Origin: Tortispora ganteri
Lineage: Eukaryota
Direction: 5' to 3'
Length of the DNA stretch: 64,000 nucleotides
Assembly (NCBI GenBank): GCA_003707115.1
Contig: PPNB01000023.1
Span: 1 to 64,000 of the forward strand
Shown here: positions 11,174 through 20,104 of the stretch, in pieces
How the letters are laid out: every line of letters begins with the position of its first letter
How positions within the stretch are numbered: position 1 is the first letter of the stretch
Notes under the pieces: generated by a model
The model's input: the letters and a program-made list of their open reading frames with translations, nothing else
Database searches by the model: none
What the model was told of the DNA's origin: nothing
Translations under genes and position numbers: made by a program

Positions 11174-12640
11174 TTAGGAGGATTTATTGTTTCTAGCTGC
11201 GGCAGCTGCAGCAATTTTCTCCTGTAGTTCGCGTTGTATAGCCTGTTCATTCAGCCGGTCTTCCTCCTCCTTGCGCTGTTCATCATTCAGTATGACATCT
11301 GGCTTGTAGTCGAGCACCCGCACAACTTTCTCTTCATCCTCACCGTCGTCGTCAAAGTCCGAGATCTCCACAACGACAACAGCAAGTGCCTCAGGAACGG
11401 GATTCACCTTCCTGCGCTTCTCGAATTCATGCTCTTCTTCCTCCAGGTGCGAAGGAATAACATGCTCCGATCCTGGTCCATCGCTGTCGAGTATATCTTC
11501 CAGAATTACACCTGGATCTCTCTTTTCTGGCGCGCTAGTAACGTTCACACCAGTACGTATGTACGCATCAAAGTACGCATACACAGATGCAGATTGACCA
11601 GCAAGGTTGGCTACACGGCCTACCATGCGTAACGGGAACCAACCATTCTTGGTGATGTACACTCTTTGGTTGTTCCACTGACCATATGCGTTACGCAGTA
11701 TGATGCCCTCGTCTCCGACTGTGGTTATCTGTGGACACGTGCCGCCTACCGTTCCAAACACTCCCCAGCCATCGACTTCGCCGCCCCTCGAATAGTTCAT
11801 GTTTACTGCTCCAATGACACTAAAATTCGTCGTAATTTCATAGTACGACTGCACGTATGTGAGACACTCAAATACGAGTGGCGTGTTGTCCGCGGGCACG
11901 TATGTGCATGAGACGAAGTAGGCGTTCTCGCCCTGGGTCTGCGGGCCCGAAGTGAGCAGGCCAGTGCGATACTCGGCGTTCTGTACAACGGGTTCGGTAA
12001 GTTCAGGGGTATAGTCATACACACGCATGTATACTTGGTTCGACTGAGAAGCATCTAGGCTCATAGGTGAGCATTCTGGGACGTACGGTCCGATCGGGCA
12101 GCCCCATGCGTCAGTAAGCTGAGCACGAGCAACGAGATGCTGCGAGTCATCATGAAGCTTAGGAATCTCTTCAGGGTCGACACCGTCTATTTCAAACAGC
12201 GAGGCATACAACGCTGAGAGGTCTTCGTGCTCTCCGGCCTCTTCGAAAGGATCGGAAGTTATAACCGGTTTCGGTACATTTGTATCATATGGCATAACTG
12301 TGGGTACTTCGATTCTATTGGCGCCGAAATTCTCAAATCGGGTAGATGTGGCCACTACTTCATAGTAGTCCCATGTGTAAAACTGATCGTCAGCAACAAG
12401 CGGCGGTTTCATAGTGGTCGAAACAGTGACAGGAGCGCAATAATTGCAGTACCAACCGTCTACTTTCTTTTCGGTAGGCTTGCAGTCTTCGCCAAACACC
12501 ACTGCACGTCCGCTCTCTGAGGCGAAATGTCGTTCATGAGCAACGGTCGGCAACACTGGAGGTTCCGAAAGAAAAACTGGTGCGGCGTTGATGATATCCT
12601 GGTTGCCTAATAGGCCTAGCCTCGACAATAGTGGTGACAT
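11174..12640 (-). CDS. Uncharacterised protein with a Cys-containing PA14/GLEYA-like core and an acidic tail
   Basis: 488-codon ORF from ATG 12640. Beta-rich central region with VDGW and VYITKNGWFPLRMV, KR sites and an E/D-rich C-terminus. The domain call is tentative. Confidence 0.6.
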   Translation of the reverse strand: MSPLLSRLGLLGNQDIINAAPVFLSEPPVLPTVAHERHFASESGRAVVFGEDCKPTEKKVDGWYCNYCAPVTVSTTMKPPLVADDQFYTWDYYEVVATSTRFENFGANRIEVPTVMPYDTNVPKPVITSDPFEEAGEHEDLSALYASLFEIDGVDPEEIPKLHDDSQHLVARAQLTDAWGCPIGPYVPECSPMSLDASQSNQVYMRVYDYTPELTEPVVQNAEYRTGLLTSGPQTQGENAYFVSCTYVPADNTPLVFECLTYVQSYYEITTNFSVIGAVNMNYSRGGEVDGWGVFGTVGGTCPQITTVGDEGIILRNAYGQWNNQRVYITKNGWFPLRMVGRVANLAGQSASVYAYFDAYIRTGVNVTSAPEKRDPGVILEDILDSDGPGSEHVIPSHLEEEEHEFEKRRKVNPVPEALAVVVVEISDFDDDGEDEEKVVRVLDYKPDVILNDEQRKEEEDRLNEQAIQRELQEKIAAAAAARNNKSS

Positions 12641-13611
12641 TAGGGTGTGCACAGGAAAGTATTAAGAAACGTCCTTTTTTCCTGTATGTAGTAGCTAAGT
12701 TAGTTTCTGGGCGTCTTTGCCGTCTTGCAAATTCGCAAGCTCGCTTATATGCGAGTGGCTTTTTCTCTCTGGTACAATTTTAGTACTACTTTGCTCAATT
12801 TAGTTCCAAACTATTAAAAAACTAGTGCACACTAAAATTGTCTAATCGTCCAATAATACGCGCCCGTCTGCAGCGTGGTATACATTTAGGTTTCACCGTA
12901 ACTTTAAAAGAACTGTCACCAGCTATCCTCCTACCAGGAAACCTTTCATACTAGTTCTTTGCTGTACGTTGATTGTGTTGTTTTTTTTTTAATCGCTATG
13001 GTGTTGCCGATACCGTAGCGATAGATATAGTCATGCGGCAAGACCGACCACAGAATATTTGCCCGCATCTCTGCAGACGCACTGTTTCTAAACATACTCC
13101 AACTTAATTTTGCAAAGAGAAGCTATATAGGAATGATCGAACTTTATCCATGTGCATTAAGCCTTAGCAATAGGCTGTTTTTGGCCCGGCCAGCCGCACA
13201 TAAGGCCGTAAAGTTGCGTATTAGCTTTGTTCGCTCTCTCGACTGGTTCCCCGCGCGTTCTGCATAATCTACACTAACATGCACTAAATTAAATATCCGT
13301 GCATTTCTACAACATTTTAATCAGTAGAGTTACCTGCAAAGTTAATTCATTTGTGGCTTTACCTATCGTTCCCGGTTAGCTGCTTCTCCTCGTTTTTGTG
13401 GCATATTGCATCACTGACATTGCTAGGCCAAGTTAACGTGTTACCTGTTGCTATGCACTTTGTATTAATTATTCCCATTGGCTGATTGTTCTCCATAGTA
13501 ACGAAATTTTCTTTCACTTTGCGAACGCGGGCCCTGCGAAAGACCTTTTCTTCTCTATCTCCCCTTTAACAATTTTGACCTGTGACGCCTCTTTGTGCGT
13601 TCGGAAATATA

Positions 13612-16095
13612 ATGTCAAGCAGATTCTTTGCAGCAGGATACAGTGATTCTGACCTCAGCTCGTCAGACGAAGAGCTCGACTCTGAGTTCGAGTCTGAACA
13701 AAGCTCCGACAGCGGAATCGACTTCTCTGAAGACGACGAAGATGCGAGCGACTATGAACAGCAACCCCAGGAAGATCGCCCCAATTTGTCTAATGTACCT
13801 TCGCGCTTTTTACGCACTGCTGGTTCTGACAGCGATACTGACTCCAGCGACGACGACTCCCGCCGCGTAGTCAAGAGCGCTAAAACTAAACGTCTTGAAG
13901 AAGTGCATGAAATAGTAGAGTCTATTGAAACAGCTAAAATGGTCAACGAGTGGTCTCTAATCCTTTCTGAATTTGATAAGCTTATACGTCTTGTAACTCG
14001 TCACGCCGCTCAAGACGGTCTTTACCCTGCTTTTATTCAATGTATATCAGAACTTGATGAAGATGCTAACGAAGCCGCTAAATCTGATGACCGCAAGTCT
14101 ATGAACGCCACTCTTGCAAAGGCGCTAAACACTATCAGAAACCGTCTCAAGAAAGTTATGCGCTCCTACGAAGGCGAAATTGAAAAGTACAGAAAAGACC
14201 CCGATGGCTACCTCAGTAATACAGCTGTTACATCTACCCCTCAACCCGACGAGTCTATCCAGCAACAACAGCATCAGCCAATCGACGATGAAGGGTTTAC
14301 CGTTGTATCTAAGGATGGAAAGGCTAAAGCTATCACTACAGAGTATGTCTTGCAGACTCTACGAACCGTTATTGAGTCTCGTGGAAAACGCAATATCGAC
14401 CGTGCTGCTCAAATTAAAACTTTGGAAGACCTGCGCTCGAAAGTCGGCTCAGCCTATCAGCGAATACGCGTTCTCCAAGTTCTAGTTGCGTGCCGCTTTG
14501 ATATGATTAACGTCACGGCTAATTACATGCCTATTGCTCCCTGGAAGACTGCCGTTACGGAGTTGGGCGAACTCCTTGGAGAACTAGAGAATGCTCCTCA
14601 CATTGTCATTGCCGAAGGTGTGGAAGCGTATGATGACGACTCTAAAGATCCTGAACCTAACGAGAACGGAATTCTGTTTATTAATGGAAGTGTTACCTCA
14701 TTTATAGAGCGCCTAGATGATGAATTTACAAAGTCTCTGCAGTACATTGACCCTCATTCTACTGAATATGTTGAGCGCCTAAAGGACGAACCCAGTCTTT
14801 ATCAACTTTTGATCCGCGGTCAGCTTTACATTGAAAGCGTAAACCAGCCTAAAAACCTCTATGGACTGCTTGTGCGACGTCTTGAACATATCTATTTCAA
14901 ATCTGAGGAAATTGTGAAACCTTGTGAAGTTGCTGCTTGGTCTAAGGTCCCCAAAGGTGGCCGATTTGGAAATTCGAAGATCACCCCTCGTATTTCTGAT
15001 AGCTCCAAATTTGTTCTGCATGAACTGATTAAACAACTTTGTGCTCCTTTGTACGAACAAGACGACAATGTTCTCCGCACTAAGGCTATGTTATTTCAAG
15101 TGTATAGCTATGCCTTACACAACCACTATTACAAAGTCAGGACTTTGTTTTTGATGTCACATGTACAATCTTCAATCTCTAATGCAGATGTCGGTGTCCA
15201 GGTGCTTTATAACCGCACTCTTGTCCAAATTGGATTTTGCGCATTCCGCAAGGGCTTAATTGCTGAAGCACAACAGTGTCTGCAAGAAGTTTGTGGATCT
15301 GGCCGCACTAAGGAGCTATTGGCACAAGGTTCCCTTATACAAAGGTATCCTCAGAATGCTGGTGAATCCGAGACTGTTGATACTCAGAGGTTTATTCCGT
15401 TTCACATGCATATTAATTTAGAGCTCCTTGAGTGCGTCTACTTGACCTCGTCTATGATTGTTGAAACGCCTGTTCTTGCAGCTGCTGGAAGCAACACCGA
15501 CAACAAGCGCAAGCCTCTTATTTCGCGACCTTTCCGCCGATTGTTAGACCATCATGACCGACAGGTATTTGTTGGACCGCCTGAAAATATGCGTGATTAT
15601 GTCATGCAGGCCGCTAAGGCCCTGGCATCAGGCGACTGGCGCAAGTCTAAAGAGTTCATCTGCGCTATCAAGATTTGGGATTTAATGCCTGAATCACAAG
15701 AAATCAAAGAAATGTTGGGAACCAAACTGCAGGAAGAAGGTCTTCGTACATACATTTTCACATATGCGTCATTATATGAAGCTATTACATTAGAGACACT
15801 TGCAACATTGTTTGATCTGAGTGTTTCGAAAGTTACGTCTATTATTTCTAAGGTGATTTATGACGATGAAATTGCTGCGGCGTTAGATCAACAGACGAAC
15901 TCTCTCAAATTCCGCAAAGGTTTTGAAGTTACTCCGTTACAGAGCTTTGCTTTGGCTCTTGCAGACAAAGCAGCGCAATTGTCTGATCTGAACGAACGAC
16001 AAACTCAGCAAAGTCATGGCGGCCGCTATGATCGAGATGACAAACGCGGCAATCACCGTGTAGGAAATCAAAGAGCTAGAGCTGTTAAGGCTTAA
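13612..16095 (+). CDS. NIP1: Translation initiation factor eIF3 subunit c
   Basis: MSSRFF start, acidic N-terminus, VVKSAKTKR, PFHMHINLELLE, GPPEN and a PCI domain. Confidence 0.96.
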   Translation: MSSRFFAAGYSDSDLSSSDEELDSEFESEQSSDSGIDFSEDDEDASDYEQQPQEDRPNLSNVPSRFLRTAGSDSDTDSSDDDSRRVVKSAKTKRLEEVHEIVESIETAKMVNEWSLILSEFDKLIRLVTRHAAQDGLYPAFIQCISELDEDANEAAKSDDRKSMNATLAKALNTIRNRLKKVMRSYEGEIEKYRKDPDGYLSNTAVTSTPQPDESIQQQQHQPIDDEGFTVVSKDGKAKAITTEYVLQTLRTVIESRGKRNIDRAAQIKTLEDLRSKVGSAYQRIRVLQVLVACRFDMINVTANYMPIAPWKTAVTELGELLGELENAPHIVIAEGVEAYDDDSKDPEPNENGILFINGSVTSFIERLDDEFTKSLQYIDPHSTEYVERLKDEPSLYQLLIRGQLYIESVNQPKNLYGLLVRRLEHIYFKSEEIVKPCEVAAWSKVPKGGRFGNSKITPRISDSSKFVLHELIKQLCAPLYEQDDNVLRTKAMLFQVYSYALHNHYYKVRTLFLMSHVQSSISNADVGVQVLYNRTLVQIGFCAFRKGLIAEAQQCLQEVCGSGRTKELLAQGSLIQRYPQNAGESETVDTQRFIPFHMHINLELLECVYLTSSMIVETPVLAAAGSNTDNKRKPLISRPFRRLLDHHDRQVFVGPPENMRDYVMQAAKALASGDWRKSKEFICAIKIWDLMPESQEIKEMLGTKLQEEGLRTYIFTYASLYEAITLETLATLFDLSVSKVTSIISKVIYDDEIAAALDQQTNSLKFRKGFEVTPLQSFALALADKAAQLSDLNERQTQQSHGGRYDRDDKRGNHRVGNQRARAVKA

Positions 16096-16311
16096 TGAAT
16101 TCAAATAAATGCTGTGCAGTTTAAAATTTTAATAAACGAATAAGTAAAACAGCATCATTTGCAATTAAATTGTAATGAATATTTCCAGTCACGTGTTAGT
16201 CCGGGTAATGTTCTTTTTTTTTTTGGTTTTGTTATTAATACACAAAGGCCAGTTTGAGCTTGGTTTTACGCCTATAGTTTAGTTATAGAGCTTTTCTAGA
16301 GATACATCAGA

Positions 16312-17601
16312 ATGGCAGAAAAGGCTCTTATTCTTGTAAGTAGTGCTGATACATTTTTACATTTTGTAGAATATGAATCTAACACAAACTAGGTTGGAGG
16401 AGGTACTCGTGGTACTAGATTCAGGCCATTGAGTTTAGACGTTCCAAAGGTGTTATTTCCAGTTGCTGGAAAGCCGATGTTGTCGCACATTTTAGGGGCA
16501 ATTAGCAAGGTTTCGACTGTGAAAGAAGTACTGCTTATTGGATTTTTTGATGATTATGTTTTTAGAGACTTCTTGGCCGATGCAAGCAACGAGTTCCCCC
16601 ATTTCTCGGTGCGGTACCTGCGAGAATACACAGCATTAGGCACTGCAGGTGGAATGTATCACTTTAGGGATGTGATCTTGCGTGGCGATCCTAAGAAATT
16701 TTTTGTAATTCATGCTGATATTTGCTGTTCCTTCCCGCTGTTAGAAATTCAAGAACTTGCGGCGGAGAAGCAGGCCGGCGCAGTGATTATGGGTACCAGG
16801 GTGCCCTATGACGATGTGCGCAACTTTGGGGCTATTGTAGCAGATGAGAAGGGTGCTGTTGTGCACTATGTTCAGAACCCTGAATCGCGCATCTCTAATT
16901 TGATTAATGGAGGCATTTACCTGTTTGATTCTAGTATTTTTGATGTGATCAGGGATGCTCAGAAGGAGAAGTTTGAGAAATCTTATGAGGAACCTATGTC
17001 GCCGAACCCCGATGACAATAAACAGATTTTGACATTAGAACAAGACATTTTAGGTCGACTTGCTGAGCATGGAAGTCTTTATGTTTATGAAACTAAGGCA
17101 TTCTGGAGACAAATTAAAGCAGCTGGTGCGGCATTAGCTGCGAATAAGCTATACCTTCAGAGCATGTACCAACGAGATCCTTCTTGTCTGACCAGCGGAG
17201 ATAATATTGTACCACCTGTTTATGTTGACCCTACAGCGTTTGTGGACCCTACTGCGAGGATTGGTCCGAATGTCTCTATTGGTCCACGATCACGTGTTGG
17301 ACCTGGAGCGCGTGTGAAGAACGCAATTGTGCTTGAAGATTGCGAAATTAAGCGAGACTCATGCACTTTGAATGCAATTCTAGCGCGTGGTGCACGTGTT
17401 GGTGCATGGGCTCGAGTTGAGGGATTGCCAATTCCTGATGACTCGCATGACACTACAGTCGTAATGAATGGACTGAAAGTGCAAGCGACTACAATTTTGT
17501 CTACAGATGTTACAGTGGGCGATGAGATTCGTGTATGCAACTGTGTTGTTCTGCCACACAAGGAGATCAAAGTGGATGTCAACAACGAAGTTATCATGTA
17601 A
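16312..17601 (+). CDS. Mannose-1-phosphate guanylyltransferase alpha/regulatory-type subunit (GMPPA/Mpg2-like); join(16312..16335,16393..17601)
   Basis: Splicing the 57-nt intron 16336-16392 (GTAAGT...TCTAAC...TAG) restores MAEKALILVGGGTRGTRFRPLSLD. Also YLREYTALGTAGG, FWRQIK and hexapeptide repeats ending VLPHKE. Confidence 0.9.
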
Positions 17602-17983
17602 AATCGTAAACTATAAATCTCACATCAATACACTTATAATTAACAAACAGTATTTTTGCATTATTGTAGAAATGAACGATTAATTAAAGCAATAATTGTA
17701 GAAACCACTAAGTCAAATCTAGCCAATAAATAATGACTACATTCCGGCTTATTTGGGTTGCCTTTTTGTTATTTTTTTTATTCTAGTCTTTATTCTCATT
17801 ACCGCCAAGAATATTTTAAAACATTCTAGCAGTTACAAAATGTTTTTTTTTTAATTTTGTGGAAAAAGACATTGGTAAAATCTAAATTTCTGAAAACCAC
17901 AATCATATATACTGTGGGGGAGGGGGGATGGGTCAACCCTGCCTATTTTGTACGGATATTGAACCCGATTCTAAATTGTCTAA

Positions 17984-19798
17984 ATGTCATCGCTATTCAA
18001 AAACTTCACATTTCATATTTTACCTGGATGTGCAGATAATGAACAATTAACGCGTGAAATATATTTGCACGGTGGTACCATAGCGCTTACCATTAATCGA
18101 AATGACTTAACCAAATGGAACAAACTTGATATGTACCTGGCGCTCTGCGATGAAGATTCTATGCCCGAACGGTTAGAACTTCGTCCAATCCACTATAGAT
18201 ACATTTACGATTCTATAGCTAAGGGCAAGCTCCTTAGTCAAGTTGATTATTACCTAAAATACTCTTCTGGAGCAAACCCCGTGCGAGGTTCTCAGTACAC
18301 TATAGAGGAAGACCGAAAACTAGTAGATCACATCACAAGACTTGCCTACGAAGGGTTCCCGTTACATGAGCTAATGTCAATCCGTACTTATCGCAACCTT
18401 TTGGACTTTCCGGGGCGCAACGAACGTTCATTATATGTCCGTGCAACTAGACGCATTATCCCATACTTGATTCAGGCCTCCATCGCAGTTAACCGCGATA
18501 TTACGCGCCGCGATTATCGCCTCGAACGTCTCAACAACGACCGTACATTTCTGACCTTTATTGCGGAAGCCTGCAGAAATCGCAAAGCTCTCACGCTAGA
18601 AGTGTTCGAAGACTACGTCCACTCTGACATAGACGACTATGAACGGTTCGCTGCACCAATTCTCGTAAAACATATCCGCAAATTATACAAATTGCCTACA
18701 CTTCACCGTCGTCGGCAATCTTACACAATTACGGCTAATGATGCTCTAGCTCGCTTTCATACTTTGCTGTATGGCAAACCTAGGACTTTGGAGCCGTTAG
18801 TGAACGAAATACTTCAGTTAAGCTACCCTGTGCAACCAGGATTCTTTCCTGTCTCGCGGAAAACTCTCTACTTGTTTTTACGAAGGCATAAATTTCATCC
18901 TGACTTTTCTCTAGACGAAATTGGCTTGGACAGCAGCACTCCAAAGGAGTTCCGTGATTACATTCTTGGCTTGTCTCGTTCCAACGTTACAGCACTGCCT
19001 GCGCGCGATCTTGCTGCAGAAGCAGAATCATATTCTGTTTTAAACTCGGACACAGAAGCATCGGATGACACTTTTTACAGCTTCACTATGTTCAATGAGT
19101 ATAGTATCAATGAATCTGTCCACCAAAAGATTATTGATGCCTACGAAGAGACTAAACATATTACTGAAGAAAAATTCAATGATCTGCCTCCGCTGTCTGA
19201 CTCAGAGGTGTATACCACTGCTGAAGAAAATAATGGAAGTGCCGCAGAAGAAGACTCAATATCGCACAGCGGTCAATCAGATATTCCTTCGCTTCCTTCC
19301 TTAGACGACTTTTCCGAATATGAACAAGCAGACTCCAATGTCGATCTAGACCTGGATTCAGACTCGAATATTACTACGATATTTACTACAAAGGAAGGTC
19401 CGACCGATATAGATGACAGTGATAATGATGATGATTACGATGCTAAAAATACACCCGAAAGGATTTTAGATTCCTTGAGAGAACCATTCGAAGAGTGGGT
19501 TAGCATATTGTCACGAGCCTACAATGTGCCAAAAATGGACGTTTTAATGCTTACTCACTGCTGTCGTACAATCAGAGATCTCACTGGTGCAGCTGTTATG
19601 CGGTATAGCAAGGATTCGAAGTTCCCTATTCTTAAAGGATGCTTTAGCCCTGAAGACGACGAGATCATCCTCCAGGGCAAGTTCACGGCTGATTACAGAC
19701 GTATACGACAATTACATGGTGACGAACAAATTGAGAAAAGAGCGCTGTTTCTTTCCACAGAAGGTCTAAACCCTTTAAGCCTTTCACGGCTTTCCTAG
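17984..19798 (+). CDS. RAP1: Rap1-like telomere protein (BRCT, Myb, acidic region, RCT)
   Basis: N-terminal BRCT (LFKNFTFHI...IYLHGG...YRYIYDSIAKGKLL), Myb start RGSQYTIEEDRKL...FPGRNERSL and C-terminal GCFSPEDDEII...RIRQLHGDEQIEKRALFL. Confidence 0.78.
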   Translation: MSSLFKNFTFHILPGCADNEQLTREIYLHGGTIALTINRNDLTKWNKLDMYLALCDEDSMPERLELRPIHYRYIYDSIAKGKLLSQVDYYLKYSSGANPVRGSQYTIEEDRKLVDHITRLAYEGFPLHELMSIRTYRNLLDFPGRNERSLYVRATRRIIPYLIQASIAVNRDITRRDYRLERLNNDRTFLTFIAEACRNRKALTLEVFEDYVHSDIDDYERFAAPILVKHIRKLYKLPTLHRRRQSYTITANDALARFHTLLYGKPRTLEPLVNEILQLSYPVQPGFFPVSRKTLYLFLRRHKFHPDFSLDEIGLDSSTPKEFRDYILGLSRSNVTALPARDLAAEAESYSVLNSDTEASDDTFYSFTMFNEYSINESVHQKIIDAYEETKHITEEKFNDLPPLSDSEVYTTAEENNGSAAEEDSISHSGQSDIPSLPSLDDFSEYEQADSNVDLDLDSDSNITTIFTTKEGPTDIDDSDNDDDYDAKNTPERILDSLREPFEEWVSILSRAYNVPKMDVLMLTHCCRTIRDLTGAAVMRYSKDSKFPILKGCFSPEDDEIILQGKFTADYRRIRQLHGDEQIEKRALFLSTEGLNPLSLSRLS

Positions 19799-20104
19799 AA
19801 CCTTTGAATATAGTGAATATATATCGTGCGGCTGGTTTTTTATAAGAAATAAGGTTTTTCGTTATGCAACGTCCCAATTTGTCCAATCACCACCTACTAT
19901 CACCCCTACACTACTTGACCTCATCCTTTAACAAACTCAGATCACACTTGATCTGCTAGATATATTCGTGAGATCCTCTCGATTTTTTCTTTTAATACTG
20001 AGAAAAACGTCTCTTTGCTGTCTTGGACCTTTAATCTGCACTAGAAACTAAGAGATCAGCGAGTATTGTATCTGTTAACGCGAGACTTCGCCGATCTTAA
20101 AAGC

